DNA of 63,536 nt, filler included, from Octopus bimaculoides (Eukaryota): NCBI RefSeq assembly GCF_001194135.2. It is 5 parts of 3 records of this genome, joined end to end, with 100 filler letters (N's around TTAATTAATTAA, not from the genome) between each part and the next. Parts side by side here need not be neighbours in the genome. Positions count along the whole stretch, not along the records: positions 11,054 to 32,202 come from NC_068986.1; 4 more parts are not named here. One strand, written 5' to 3'. Every line of letters begins with the position of its first letter. The stretch's first letter is position 1. This document shows positions 13,598 through 25,525 of the stretch, piece after piece. A program made the position numbers and the translations under genes. The notes beneath the pieces were generated by a model. That model was not told where the DNA came from, made no database searches, and saw nothing but the letters and a program-made list of their open reading frames with translations.

Positions 13598-13944
13598 TAA
13601 TAAGATGAAAAAATAGAGAGGTAATTAATAAATTATCATTTATTAAAAAATTGACAAACATTCCTTACAGCTGTTTCAATTGCAGACCTTCAGAAAATTA
13701 AATTAAATTAAAAATTATTTGCAAGTTAATGGTTTGCAACTGTTTACTAAACATGCAGGAATTGAACACCTATTTTGTATATCTTAAACTACCTCTGAAG
13801 AGATTCGACTTTCAAATAATTTTTAATTTAATTAATTAATTTTCTGAAGATCTGGAATTGAAACAGCTGTAAGGGATGTTTGTCAATTTTTTTAATTAAT
13901 AAATAATAGTTTGATAATTACCTCTCTATCCTCTCATCTTATTA
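13598..13944. mobile_element. Foldback element (about 125-bp arms), each arm carrying a minimal hammerhead-like motif
   Basis: Arms 13598-about 13722 and about 13808-13944 are reverse complements; each has CTGAAG(A/G)-N9-GAAACAGCTGTA. Confidence 0.75.
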
Positions 13945-14094
13945 TAAATAAACATATATAAATCACGGTTTATATAGTTACCTTGCAGTTGAGTATTAAC
14001 TGTATTGTTCAATATTCTTTTGTATAGGTAACCAACCAGTACTTTCCTAGGATTTTGCTATCCCTGAATGATGTTTGTAACCTCTATTTGTGCT

Positions 14095-15030
14095 TATATA
14101 TATCATCATCAGCCCAGCCTATTTGTATTCTAGCAGCTATGTTCTGGGAGCATCTGGCTCCACTGCTGACTTGGTCACCCAGATAACGAAACCGATCAAC
14201 TACTTCTAAGTATCTCACCTGGCATTTGATGGAGTCTATTTTCTGTACATTTCTAGTATTTATTGTGCCTGTACATCTTCTACACACAAAGACTATTTTC
14301 CCCGTTAATCTTCCTCTGATATAGCTTCACTTCTTATGAGTCCATAACTTGCACTGGGTACACCTAATGTAGTTTCTGCCTGTGTTTTTTACATATCAAG
14401 CAGGGACATCTCCTTGAAGGGATTTATGATTTGTCTGCTTTCCTACTTACTAAGACTTTGATTTTTGCTAAATTAACTTTAAAGTCCTTTGATTCCAGAC
14501 CTTACTTCCACACCTGAAATTTTTTGTCCAGTTCTGGTAGTGATTCAGTTACAAGAATAAAGTCATCAGCATAGAGGAGCTCCCAGGAGAAACCTGTCTT
14601 AAATTCTTCTGTTATTGCCTGGAGGACTATGATTAAAAAGAGGGAGCTGAGGACTAATCCTTGGCGATCACCTACTTGTACACTGAATTCATTACTATAC
14701 TTGTTGCCAACCTTCACCTTACTGACAGCATCCCTGTACATGGCTTGTACAGATCTCACCAAACACTCATCTATCCCTAGTTTCCACAATGACTACCAAA
14801 TAAGGGAGCAGGGGACTCTGTTGAAGGCTTTCTCCATATCAATAGAAACCAAGTACAGAGGACTAAATACCTCTCCTACAGCTGCCTTACCAGGGATACA
14901 GCATCACTTGTGTTTCTCCTTAGCACAAAACCAAACTGCATCTCTTCTATACTAAATCTCTTCGTAATTAGTTGGGCTGTGACCTTCATCATAACTTTCA
15001 TCATCTGATCCAACAGTTTGTTCAATACCT
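14095..15030 (-). mobile_element. Degenerate RTE LINE RT fragment, same family as 21403-23148
   Basis: MWKLGIDECLVRSVQAMYRDAVSKVKVG...WELLYADDF and VVDRFRYLGD. Confidence 0.9.
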
Positions 15031-15230
15031 TTACCTATAATATTACAAACACATACACACGCATACACACACATTATGTGTGTGTGAGTGTGTGAATGAA
15101 ATAAAATATTCATCATTCTGGCAGACACTCAACAAAGGTATTTATACAATGTAAGACTGAATAAATACTCTTATAACACAAGAGACATGACTATAAAGTG
15201 GGTGTAGGAATATAAGACAAAAACAATTAC

Positions 15231-15328
15231 CAGCAAATGCAATTATATTAATGATTTCTCCAGGCTTGACATTGTAGTTAACAATTAGAAGCTGTTCATT
15301 GGTCAGACGAAGTTTATTCTTGCTGTCA
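15231..15328 (-). CDS. FBH1: FBH1 exon E (phase 2 to 1), DSKNKLRLTNEQLLIVNYNVKPGEIINIIAFAG
   Basis: Acceptor tttcttgtgtatttcag and donor gtaatt; 98 nt; contains the Q-motif LTxEQ and the first half of Walker A. Confidence 0.93.
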
Positions 15329-16381
15329 CTGAAATACACAAGAAAATATTTTATTTTACAAGTTTAAATAAGACCACAAAATCCAGATGGACCTCTACAT
15401 TTAGTCACTTGCAGAATCTGTTGTAAAATCTCAGATATATCACATTCAAAGCAATAAAATATGAAGCATAAATGTCTCCCACGTTCTGATGGCTGTTACA
15501 GCACAAGTTTTATTTTAGTTTGGCTATCCTTCTAGATGCTTCAATAATTTCACACAAGCATGCCATCCATCACAGTTCACTCATGCATGTTCTTAATTCA
15601 TCAACATTTGCCATTTCACTGTCCTGAAGCAAGTTGTCCACATAAGTTAGATATTTTCTTCCCCTGTTAATTCTTCCTTCAACTCATTGTCATAAGAGCA
15701 GTTGACAAAGGTTCTTCTGGGTGTAACGACAAGCAATTCTCATTCTTTTCTCCTGAATCTTGTCAGTCACTTTGAGTAGATTTTGATAAAGCTGCTTGTT
15801 GATTAAATGAATTCTCCATATAAAATTCAGTCATTCTTAACATTCTTGTGTAACAGCTTATCCTATAGATCTTTTTTGCTGAACCATGAAGTTATGGGGA
15901 CATATACATCATCACACACGATGGGCTTCTTTCAATTTCCTTTTACCAAATCCACTCAGAAGGCTTTGGTTGGCCTGAAGCTATAATAAAAGACACTTGC
16001 CCGAGGTGTGTCCACTTTCTTCAAACAATAGTCCACAACAAAGATCAGTAAAATCTTCAGATAATGAAGAAGTTTGTAACACCAGCAGAGATGCTAGTGA
16101 GAAATAAACTATATAAACGTATACTCTGACTGACAGCATGAAATAGCTAAATTCATTGCCAAGTTACATTTCCATTACAGTTTAATGTTTAGCCATATGT
16201 TTTGCAAAGAGCATATATTTAGGGGTGCTTAATGACACAAATCTACATTATATTTCTATTTATTTCACATTTTCAGCATCATTAACTCTGATATGTTACT
16301 TAAAATGCAAGATATTTATCATAGGTTATAAAACTGAATGCATATATAAGACACATGTGAGAAGATGGATGAAAAAAGAAC

Positions 16382-16435
<54 letters not shown>

Positions 16436-16914
16436 NNNNNNNNNNGAGAGAGAGTGAGTAGCAACTGGAGGGAGAAGCATAGCTTAAGAAAGAGAAAATG
16501 AGTATAACAATGGAGCATACACTGCAACTGAATAGAAAAAGAAAAGAAAAGAGAGAGATAGAGAGAGAGGGAGATGTTACTCTATCAAATGAAATGCTTT
16601 GTTTTGAATTAATCATGCATTACCTTGTGGCTTCAAGATTTCAATCATGTGATTGTTTTTTTTTAGACTGACATCTTAGAGTAGGCATGGGAGGCCAGAT
16701 CTGGCTGGTTTAAACATAAAACAGGTAATATATTTTGGGCTGCATATGGCTAGTTCATATGCTAAAAGGAAAAATCACTTTATTTGTCAATGTTTATAAC
16801 TTATGTGAATGTTAAGTACAGTTTGGATATGTGCAAGGACTACAGATGAATTAAAACAAAATTATACTAAGATATATTAGTTTTTCATTGACTTTTATAA
16901 CTTCTTTTAATCAT

Positions 16915-17222
16915 CATCATCATCATCATCATTGTCGTTTAATGTCCGCTTTGCATGCTGGCATGGGTTAGATGATTTGACTGAGTGCTGGCAAGCCAGA
17001 AGGCTGCACCAGGCTCCATTCCGGTCTGGCAAAGTTTCTACAGCTGGATGCCCTTCCTAACGTAAACCACTCTGAGAGTGTAGTGGGTGCTTTTTATGTG
17101 CCACCAGCATGAAGGCCCGTCAGGTGGTACTGCCATCAACCACACTTGAATAGTGCTTTTTACAAGCCACCGGCATGGGAGCCAGTCAGGCAGCACTGGC
17201 AACAAACACACTTGAATGGTGC
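16915..17222 (-). mobile_element. RTE 3' UTR/tail copy
   Basis: Same (CAT)n-gtttaatgtccgc...ggatgcccttcc motif with gccaccggc subrepeats. Confidence 0.8.
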
Positions 17223-18487
17223 TTCATTCTGAAGCAAATATGTCTATCGAGTTCTACACTAGGTTATTCTTGTAATGCCTAAATGAAATGTCTTAGATTA
17301 TATTTTATAATGTATCAATATATTCTATATTAAATAATATATCAAAAAGTAATATACTAGATTATAGTAGATTACTTACTCTTATAACAGTTGCATAACA
17401 CTGTATTTTATATAAAGTATTGTAACTTATTAAGGCAATTTAGGCTCAACAATTGAGAAGCATTTTATTTTATTATAAATGGACTTTTGTGGTTGTGTTA
17501 GTTCACAAGGCTGGTATTGACTGCATAAATCTGTTTTTATAAAATATTTTTATGAAATTATGGGAGTGAGGTGTGGATAGCACTAGGCAGTGATATGTAT
17601 AAATACAAGGTCATTATCAATTCAAATATGCTTAGGGCATATTTGAATCCATAAGAAAGCCATTCACTGCATTTTGTTGAGATAACCACACCCAAATGCT
17701 TGCCTCTCACAGTCTAGTTGGGTGGAGCTGTGAACCGATTTTGGTCTATTTACACCAGTTGTCTACAGCAAGGAATTTTCTCCATGACAAAATACAAAAC
17801 CTTACAGGTTTGAATATGTCTCAAGCATATTTGAACTGGTAATAATGTATTTATAATGCTCAGTATGTCTTGTTCATAGGAGTGTTTTTTACTGTTTTTT
17901 TAACTTTTTCTACTTAGATGAGTCACAAGTATTTTCAGCTTACAGACAGAGGAAAATAGTGTGTCTTTCCTAAGATCTCAGTATCATGCCTATGTAAAGA
18001 TATGAGCCAATGATGAAGTACTTGTAGCTAAGCACAAGAAATAATTCAGTTATAATTCTGGTTTGATTTTGAGAAAATCAAAACCAGTTTTAGAAGACAA
18101 ACTGATATTTTCATCTCAGTTTTAAGCATTAGTGACAATAATTTGTGATGTGGGTACATAACCTCAAATTAGGGTGAAATGTATAAACAATTAAATCGAC
18201 TTCAGTACTTGACTCCAAGAAACGAATGAAAAGTCGACAAAATTCCACTCCAGTGGAATTTGAACTGAGAATGTAACTAAATTCCACAAAGGGTTTTGTC
18301 TTGGATGAATGGATAGAAAGAAAGAAAGAAGGAAGAGAGGGAGGAAGAAAGGAAGGAAGGAAAAACAACCAGCCACAGATTATATCAAGCAGTGTGACAT
18401 AATTTACAAAACACAGGAATGTTAAGCAGAAAGCTAAATCAAATAATACCTCTCAGTATATTAATCAGAATGACAGTTTCAGCTTAC

Positions 18488-18607
18488 CAATATCTGACAA
18501 TTGTCTGTTGTTTCTCACCATCTGAAGTATTCTTACTCATCTGTGCTACAGTGACATAGGAACTGTTCTCATACAAATAGAGACTGTAGAAGAGACGGTA
18601 ATGCACC
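18488..18607 (-). CDS. FBH1: FBH1 exon D (phase 2 to 2), VHYRLFYSLYLYENSSYVTVAQMSKNTSDGEKQQTIVRY
   Basis: Acceptor ttttattttccag and donor gtaagc; 120 nt; HYxxFYxLYLxEN matches FBH1 IHYNIFYCLYLQEN (recalled). Confidence 0.92.
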
Positions 18608-19329
18608 CTGGAAAATAAAACAAATGATATCATTTTAAGGAACTATCTTCTTTCACAACCCAAACATCTCACAGATCACACTCCACCATCTTAGAAAAAG
18701 GTCACATTGGTTAATGTGATACTGAATACAGAGAAAAGACAATGTCATCCTGGTTGGAATACTTTGGGTCATAAGTCTGCTCAAACAGATCTCACTTAAA
18801 AGTTAAATAACAACAACAACAATAACATCATCAATACCCCCAGCACAGTCATTATCACTGTTTAGAAAAGACTGCAAGGCCACCTCTATAACCATCCATA
18901 ATTGTGTTGGTGTATGAGACACTCTGGTCTGTTAAATGTAGATGGTAAAACTATGTAGACTAGAACAGATGTTAAGTGGATGAAGGCTCCAGTTGCTAAG
19001 TGCCCTAACATTGATAACTTGGACTTTTTTTTTAAACACTTAATCAGAGCACCTACAATCTTGTGTTTTTTGGGACCCCTGTTGACTGGTAGTAAGAAGG
19101 CAATTATCCTCAGACTGGAGAGCTGATGCTCAAGCTTATAACAGAAGATGATGACAATGCACAATGTGCACCACTCTAGAAAGTAATATCATTAGACTCC
19201 TCCTACCAAGAAAGGAAGGAGGCAAAAGTTTGTTACGGGGTGTGAAGAACTATGTTTGTGTGTAATGAAGAAAGAACACTGTCTGCAGAAAGTAACTGAA
19301 ATAGTAGGAAGATTCAAGAATGGAAGTGA

Positions 19330-19815
19330 GAACTGGACAAATAACTGGAAAGAGAAGGAGTTACATGGTCAATTCGTGCAACAAAAAGAGACTGTTGAGA
19401 GTAAAGAATGCTGGTTGTGACTGACAGATGGAAACCTGGAATGAGAAACTGAATCACTAATTACAGCCATTCAGGAGCAAACTATTAAGATGAATTCAAT
19501 AAAGACAAAGATTGATAAAACTCAGTCAGAGAGCAGACGCTGAATCTATGGAAAAGAAGATGAAAATATTAACCATCTTAAGTGAATGCAGTAAGCTAGC
19601 AGAATAAGAGTACAAGCACAGGCATGACTCTGTTGGTAAAAGAATGCAATGGGATATTAAACAAGTGTGTGGATTCAAAACGACTGGAAAGTGGTATGGA
19701 CACAAGCCAAAAGCTGTAATGGTGAATGATAATTACAGAATTTTATGGGATTTCTCCATAAATACTGACCGTACCACTGAAGGAAAGAGACCAGATATAG
19801 TTATATGGTTGTAGA
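19330..19815 (+). mobile_element. Degenerate R4/Dong-like (RLE-type) non-LTR retrotransposon C-terminus
   Basis: KELHGQF...ETESLITAIQEQ...ECSKLA..YKHRHD...WYGHKP...ILWDFSINTD...RPDIV: the decayed CCHC, RHD and PD motifs of restriction-like-endonuclease elements. Confidence 0.8.
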
Positions 19816-20744
19816 GAACAAAAAGGAAATAGGGGAGGATAGAATATAGGGTTACCAACCTCTTCTCATTTAGCACTCTTAAAAAACTGCTGATGGTAGG
19901 AGTGAATGAATCAATGCACTGTACAGCATTGAACTCTTGGAACCCCACCGCCCAAACATTAAAGCGTATCCCTGTTTTAACATAGATTACACCATAATAC
20001 AAGATATCATTATCTAATCCATGCCAGCATGGAAACCGGACCATTAAATGATGATGATGATTATGATTGTATGAGGTGACTGAAAGGATTAATGACAGGA
20101 AGGGCATCTTCCCATAAAAGAACTGCTCTAGAAACTCATTAAACTCATGCCAACATGGAAAAGTGATTGCAAACTATTTCTTAGAAGGAGGAGGCAATAT
20201 GGTCTCCTATGACTTGCTCACAGAACAGTGAAGCTAATTTGAGAGAGAAGAGTAAAAGAAAGAGAGAAGTGAGAGAGAGATTTGACCCCGGTATTTGACT
20301 TGCTATGTCAGTTTATCTTTTACTTGTTTCAGTCATTGGATTGCAGCCATGCTGGGGTACCACCTTGAAAGGTTCAGTTGAACAAATGGACCCCAGTACT
20401 TATGGGCTTCTACACAGTTTCTGTATATCAAGGCACTGGTCAGCCAGGAGCTATAGTAGAAGACACTTGCTCAAGGTGCTGTGCAGTGGGACTGAACCTG
20501 AAACAACGTGGTTGCGAAGTGAGCTTCTTAACTGCACAGCCATACCTGTGCCTGTAGTTATTGACTCCAGAGGGATAAATGGCACAGTTCACCTCTACAG
20601 GATTTGAATTCAGTACACAAAGAGCCAGTATGATTACTACAGCTCATTCCATGCACTAATGACTCTGCCAACTGACCACATTACCTAAGTACAACCATGT
20701 AATCTTTCAATCCTTCACCTAAATGGATTAAACAAGTAGCCATA

Positions 20745-20998
20745 TCTTTTATCTTTTACTTGTTTCAATCATTAGACTGAGGCCAAGCTGGGGCACCACC
20801 TTGAATTTTTAACTGAATGAATTGACATCAGTACTTATTTTTTAAGCCTGGTACTTATTCTATCAGTCTCTTTTGCTGAACCATTAAGTTATGGGGATGG
20901 AAACACACCAACACCGGTTGTCAAGCAGTAGTGGTGGTGGGGGTTACAAACACAGACACATACACATAGATATATATATATGTGCATATATGTATATA
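20745..20998 (-). mobile_element. SINE family A 3' half (5' half displaced to 23150-23292)
   Basis: Reverse complement of the family 3' half, ending in the central (TA)n. Confidence 0.8.
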
Positions 20999-21000
20999 TA

Positions 21001-21396
21001 GGCGTAGGAGTGGCTGTGTGGTAAGTAGTTTGCTTACCAACCACATGGTTCTGGGTTCAGTCCCACTGCGTGGCACCTTGGGCAAGTGTCTTCTACTATA
21101 GCCTTGGGCTGACCAAAGCCTTGTGAGTGGATTTGGTAGACGGAAACTGAAATAAACTCATCATATATATGTATATATATATGTTTGTGTGTCTGTGTTT
21201 GTCCCCCTAACATCGTTTGACAACAGATGATGGTGTGTTTACGTCCCCGTAACTTAGCGGTTCGGCAAAAGTGACTGATAGAATAAGTACTAGGCTTAGA
21301 AGGAATAAGTCCTGGGGCCGATTTGCTTGACTAAAGGCGGTGCTCCAGTATGGCCACAGTCAAATGACTGAAACAAGTAAAAGAGTAAAGAGAGTA
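21001..21396 (+). mobile_element. Full-length tRNA-derived SINE family A (CORE-like box, central TA/CA microsatellite)
   Basis: A box TGGCTGTGTGG, B box GGTTCAGTCCC, gtggcaccttgggcaagtgtc, 3' end gactgaaacaagtaaaagag. Confidence 0.88.
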
Positions 21397-21402
21397 TATA
21401 TA

Positions 21403-23148
21403 TGTGGAAAGGGTCATAGCTCAAATAATTAGGGAGAGACTTAGTTTAGACGAGATGCAGCTTGGGTTTGTGCCGGAAAAAAGCACCACTGATGCTATAT
21501 TTCTGGTAAGACAGCTGCAGGAGAAATACTTAGCCAATGATAAATCTCTGTACTTGGCTTTTGTTGACATATAGAAAACCTTTGACAGGGTCCCCTGATC
21601 CCTTATCTGGTGGTCAATGAGGAAACTAGAGATAAAGGAGTGGTTAGTGAGAGCTGTACAAGCCACGTACAGGGATGCTGTCAGTAAGGTGAGGGTCGGC
21701 AATGAGTATAGTGAAAAATTCTGGGTAGGGGTCCACCAAGGATCAGTACTCAGCCCCCTTTTATTCATCGTAGTCCTCCAGGCAATAACAGAGAAATTCA
21801 AGACAGGATGTCTCTGGGAGTTCCTCTATGCTGATGACCTTGCTCTAATAGCTGAGTCATGACTAGAACTAGAGAAGTTTCAGTTCTGGAAGCAAGGTCT
21901 AGAATCAAAGGGCCTTAGAGTTAACCTAGCAAAAGCCAAAGTCTTACTAAGTAGGAAAGCTGACAAACCACAAAACCCTGCAGGTAGATGGTCCTGCTCG
22001 ATCTGTCGAAAAGTCGTAGGTAGAAACTCCATAAGGTGTATCTGGTGTAAGCTATGGACACATAAGAGGTGTAGCAATATCAAAGGAAGGCTAACTGGGA
22101 AGATGACTTCTGTGTGTGGCAGATGCACAGGGGCAATAAACATTGAAAACATGCAGAAAACAGCTTCTGTCACATTCCAGGGAAAAAAACTAGTGCCTGA
22201 TAGCCTCCGTTACCTATGAGAGCATAGCTGCTAGAATAAGAATAGCCCGAGCAAAGCTCAGAGTGAAAAGTAGACTGTATGATGCATGTGTGTGAGCTGC
22301 CATGCTACACGGCAATAAAACGTGGGGTGTGACCGCTGAGGACATGCGTAAGCTTGCAAGAAATGAAGTTAGTATGCTGGATGTGTAATGTCAGAGTGCA
22401 TACATGACAGAGTGTAAGCACCCTGAGAGAAAAGTTGGACACAAGAAGCATCAGGGTGGTGCGCAAGAGAGACGACTGCACTGGTATGGTCATGTGTTGC
22501 GTATGGATGAGGACAGCCGTGAGAAAAAGTGTCACACCCTTACAGTGGAGGGAACCTGTGGAAGAGGTAATCCCAGGAAGACCTGGGATGAGGTGGTGAT
22601 GCATGACCATCGAACCAACGTAGGCAACAACAAGCGACTGAGACTTTTGGAGACATGCTGTGCTTGAGAAGACCTGGCAAGCCAAGTGAGACCGTAACCG
22701 TGGCTTATGCCAGTGTTGCATAACTGGCTCATTTAAGAGTACCCTTCAATCATCGGGCAATATCCTGTGCTTAAAAAGACATGTTGAGTCAAGTGAAAGC
22801 ATTGTCATGGCCGGTGCCAGTATTGCCTGATTGGCACCCATGCCGGGAGAATGTAAAAAGCACCATTCAAGCATGGTCAATGCCAGTCCCACCATACTGG
22901 CTTCCATACCAGTGGCACGTAAAAAGCCCCATACAAATGTGGTCGATGCCAGTGCCGCCTGACTGGTCCTGTGCCAGTGGCACATAAAAAGTACCATTCA
23001 AGCGTGGTCGATACCAGTAATGCCTGGCTGGCCCCCATGCTGGTGGCACGTTCAAATTGAAACCTGATGCAGCTTCCTGGCTTGCTAGTCCTCCGTTAAA
23101 CCGTCCAACCCATGCCAGCAGAAGTTAAACTATGATGATGATGATGAT
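21403..23148 (+). mobile_element. 5'-truncated RTE-clade LINE (RT, Cys-rich finger, repeat-containing 3' UTR, (GAT)n tail)
   Basis: Translations EMQLGFVP..STTDAIF, GVHQGSVLSPLLF, LYADDLALIAES and CSICRK...CKLWTHKRC with stops and frameshifts; ends in gatgatgatgatgat. Confidence 0.92.
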
Positions 23149-23149
23149 A

Positions 23150-23292
23150 TAAGACAGGCTTCTTTCAGTTTCCGTTTACCAAATCTACCTACAAGGCTTT
23201 GGTCAGCCCGACGCTAGGTGCCACACAGTGGGACTAAACCCAGAACCTTGTGGTTGGTAAGCAAGCTTCTTACCACACAGCCATACCTGTGC
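23150..23292 (-). mobile_element. SINE family A 5' half
   Basis: ggcttctttcagtttccg...cagtgggactaaaccc...ccacacagccatacc. Confidence 0.8.
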
Positions 23293-23412
23293 TTATAAAA
23301 ATAAGATGGCTTGCTGGCCATAGAGAAGGTTTTGTCATTTTGACTTCAAAAAGAAGTTACAGATAAAACATTCCTGATAGTCAAACAAAGGAGTAGAATT
23401 CAAAATACTTAC

Positions 23413-23603
23413 ACATTCCAAAGTTTGTTGGCAGTAATGCATGTCATACCATAGAGATGCAATGCAATGGAATACACATTATCAAGTAAGATGTCTAGGG
23501 CACCATAATCTGAACACAGCAAGCTTTTCACAAGCAAATGGCATTCATTGACAGTTGCACACAAGATACACATTAAAGTTACCATAGACCAAGGGTTTGG
23601 TTT
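23413..23603 (-). CDS. FBH1: FBH1 exon C (phase 0 to 2), KPNPWSMVTLMCILCATVNECHLLVKSLLCSDYGALDILLDNVYSIALHLYGMTCITANKLWN
   Basis: Acceptor tttttcttcattaatag and donor gtaagt; 191 nt; resembles FBH1 VNIWALVA...SVND...LYCIAVLLYAM (recalled). Confidence 0.88.
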
Positions 23604-23902
23604 CTATTAATGAAGAAAAAAAATTGGTTCAATAAAATTAATTAATTACATTATAATAAATAAGGGTAAACATCAGAAATAAAACATTTATTACGAATGA
23701 TTTCAAATATTGGCACAAGGCCAGTAATTTCAGTGGGGAGTAGGTGGGTTACATGAAACCAGTGCTTAACTGGTATTTGTTTAATCAACTCCAAAAGGAT
23801 GAAAGGCAATATGCTGCTAAGCATTTTAGCTGGCATGCAAACAATTCTGCTAACTTACTGCCTTAAAAAAAAAACATCTATTAATAACAACAACATTAAC
23901 TA

Positions 23903-24110
23903 AGGAGGTGAACTGGCAGAATTGTTAGCACACTGGGCAAAATGCTTAGAAACATTTCATCTGTCTTTATGTTCTGAGTCCAAATTCCACTGAAGTTGAC
24001 TTTACCTTTGCGTCCTTTTGGGGTTGATAAAATAAGTGCCAGTTGAACACTGGGGTTGATGTAATAACTTACACTACCCCTGAAATTGCTGGCCTTGTAC
24101 CAAAATTTGA
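23903..24110 (+). mobile_element. SINE family B copy
   Basis: Same layout as 55621-55840. Confidence 0.78.
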
Positions 24111-24199
24111 AATCGATAATGATAACATTAACTACAACAAAAATTCTTAGATTGATGCAAAGCTAGAAATTTGTCCAGGAATGGAATTCTAATCTCATT

Positions 24200-24435
24200 A
24201 CATCTTCTTTGGCCACTTATTCCCAAGAGGGTTGTTGGGAGCAGAGTCCTCAAGCATACCTTCCATCAGGTTTTGTCAGAAGTAACTGTCTCCAATTGAT
24301 CCCCAAATGAGACTAACTGAGCTCACAGATGTTATCCAACCATCTTGCTTGTGTTCTATTTCTGGGTTTCTTGTCAGTTGGTTCTGCCCATTAAATCTGT
24401 CTGGTGATTCTTTCCTGAGACATTCTTACCACATA
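24200..24435 (-). mobile_element. Degenerate LINE C-terminal fragment (clade uncertain)
   Basis: GYVVRMSQERITRQI.WAEP..K.P resembles the GHVxRM...RP motif at LINE ORF2 ends. Confidence 0.5.
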
Positions 24436-25189
24436 TCCATAGTATCAGAGCTGTGATCTCTCAATTTAGAGAAATAGCAGCTCTACTTAGAGTGACTTTC
24501 TGATCTCTGAGTTACACACTCAGTCAAATAACATTACTCCAAAGACCCTGTGGAGGAACCCCATCTCGGTTACTTGTATTTGTAATCATATCCTTTTAGT
24601 CTTAACTCTTCTGTTATTATACTTCTGTTGCAATATACCAACTTTGTTTCAATTAATTTTTAAAATTATGAAAAATTTACTCAAATAACTGTCATTTATT
24701 AAACTGGTATTTGAAACATAAATTAACCTGAAATTTTGGTGGAAGATTTTAGCCCCCTGACCTGTGTGTTCCACCCACATACTCTGTCTCATTGTTCATT
24801 GCTATCTGCTAATCCCCTGACCTGTGTGTTCCACCCACATGTAACAAGAAAACTTTTCACACACCCTACACTAACAAACCAATCTACATCTCTTCTCTTC
24901 CTCACATTTCCGCCTTCATTCACTATGCCAACCCCTCACTCCCCAATCTGTCCTCAGGGCCCTGATCTTCTGTATGTTGCTATTGATAACCATGTATTTC
25001 CTTTGCGGCAGCGCACTTGTTTCTGTCTTCATTCCTGATCTCTCTCTCTCTCTCTGGCCAAGTAACCTTGTACCTCCTCTACAGCAAGACACCTGTTTCT
25101 GTCTTTCTGTCTCACTCTAACCTGTCATCATCTGACATAAGATCACCTCCTCCAAGGCCCCCACCTTTCTGAAAATATTTTTTTTGTCT

Positions 25190-25525
25190 TGCAGGTTACT
25201 TGGTGACCCTGTCAGTGCAGGTGCCACATAAAAAGCATCCAGTCCACACTGTAAAGTGATTGGCATTTGGAAGAGCATCCAGCTGTAAAAAAACCTTGTC
25301 AAATCTGACCTCGCTTGTGCTTGTGTCATATAAAAAGCACTTAGTCCACTCTGCTGAGTGGTTGGTGTTAGGAAGGGCATCCAGTTGTAAAAATCCTGCC
25401 AAAACAGTTGCAGAAGTCTGGTCAGCAACTGGTCTGGTTGCAGTTCTACTTGGCCAGCTCCTGTCAAACCGTCCCACCCATGCAGCATGGAAGGCAGACG
25501 TCAAACGATGATGGTGATGATGACT
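25190..25525 (+). mobile_element. RTE 3' UTR/tail copy
   Basis: gttaggaagggcatccag...catgcagcatggaaggcagacgtcaaacgatgatg. Confidence 0.8.

Noticed and set aside
22800-23060. Regularly spaced repeats resembling a CRISPR array
   Set aside because: Units are tandem and degenerate without unique spacers, lie within an RTE 3' UTR, and there are no cas genes in this eukaryotic context.
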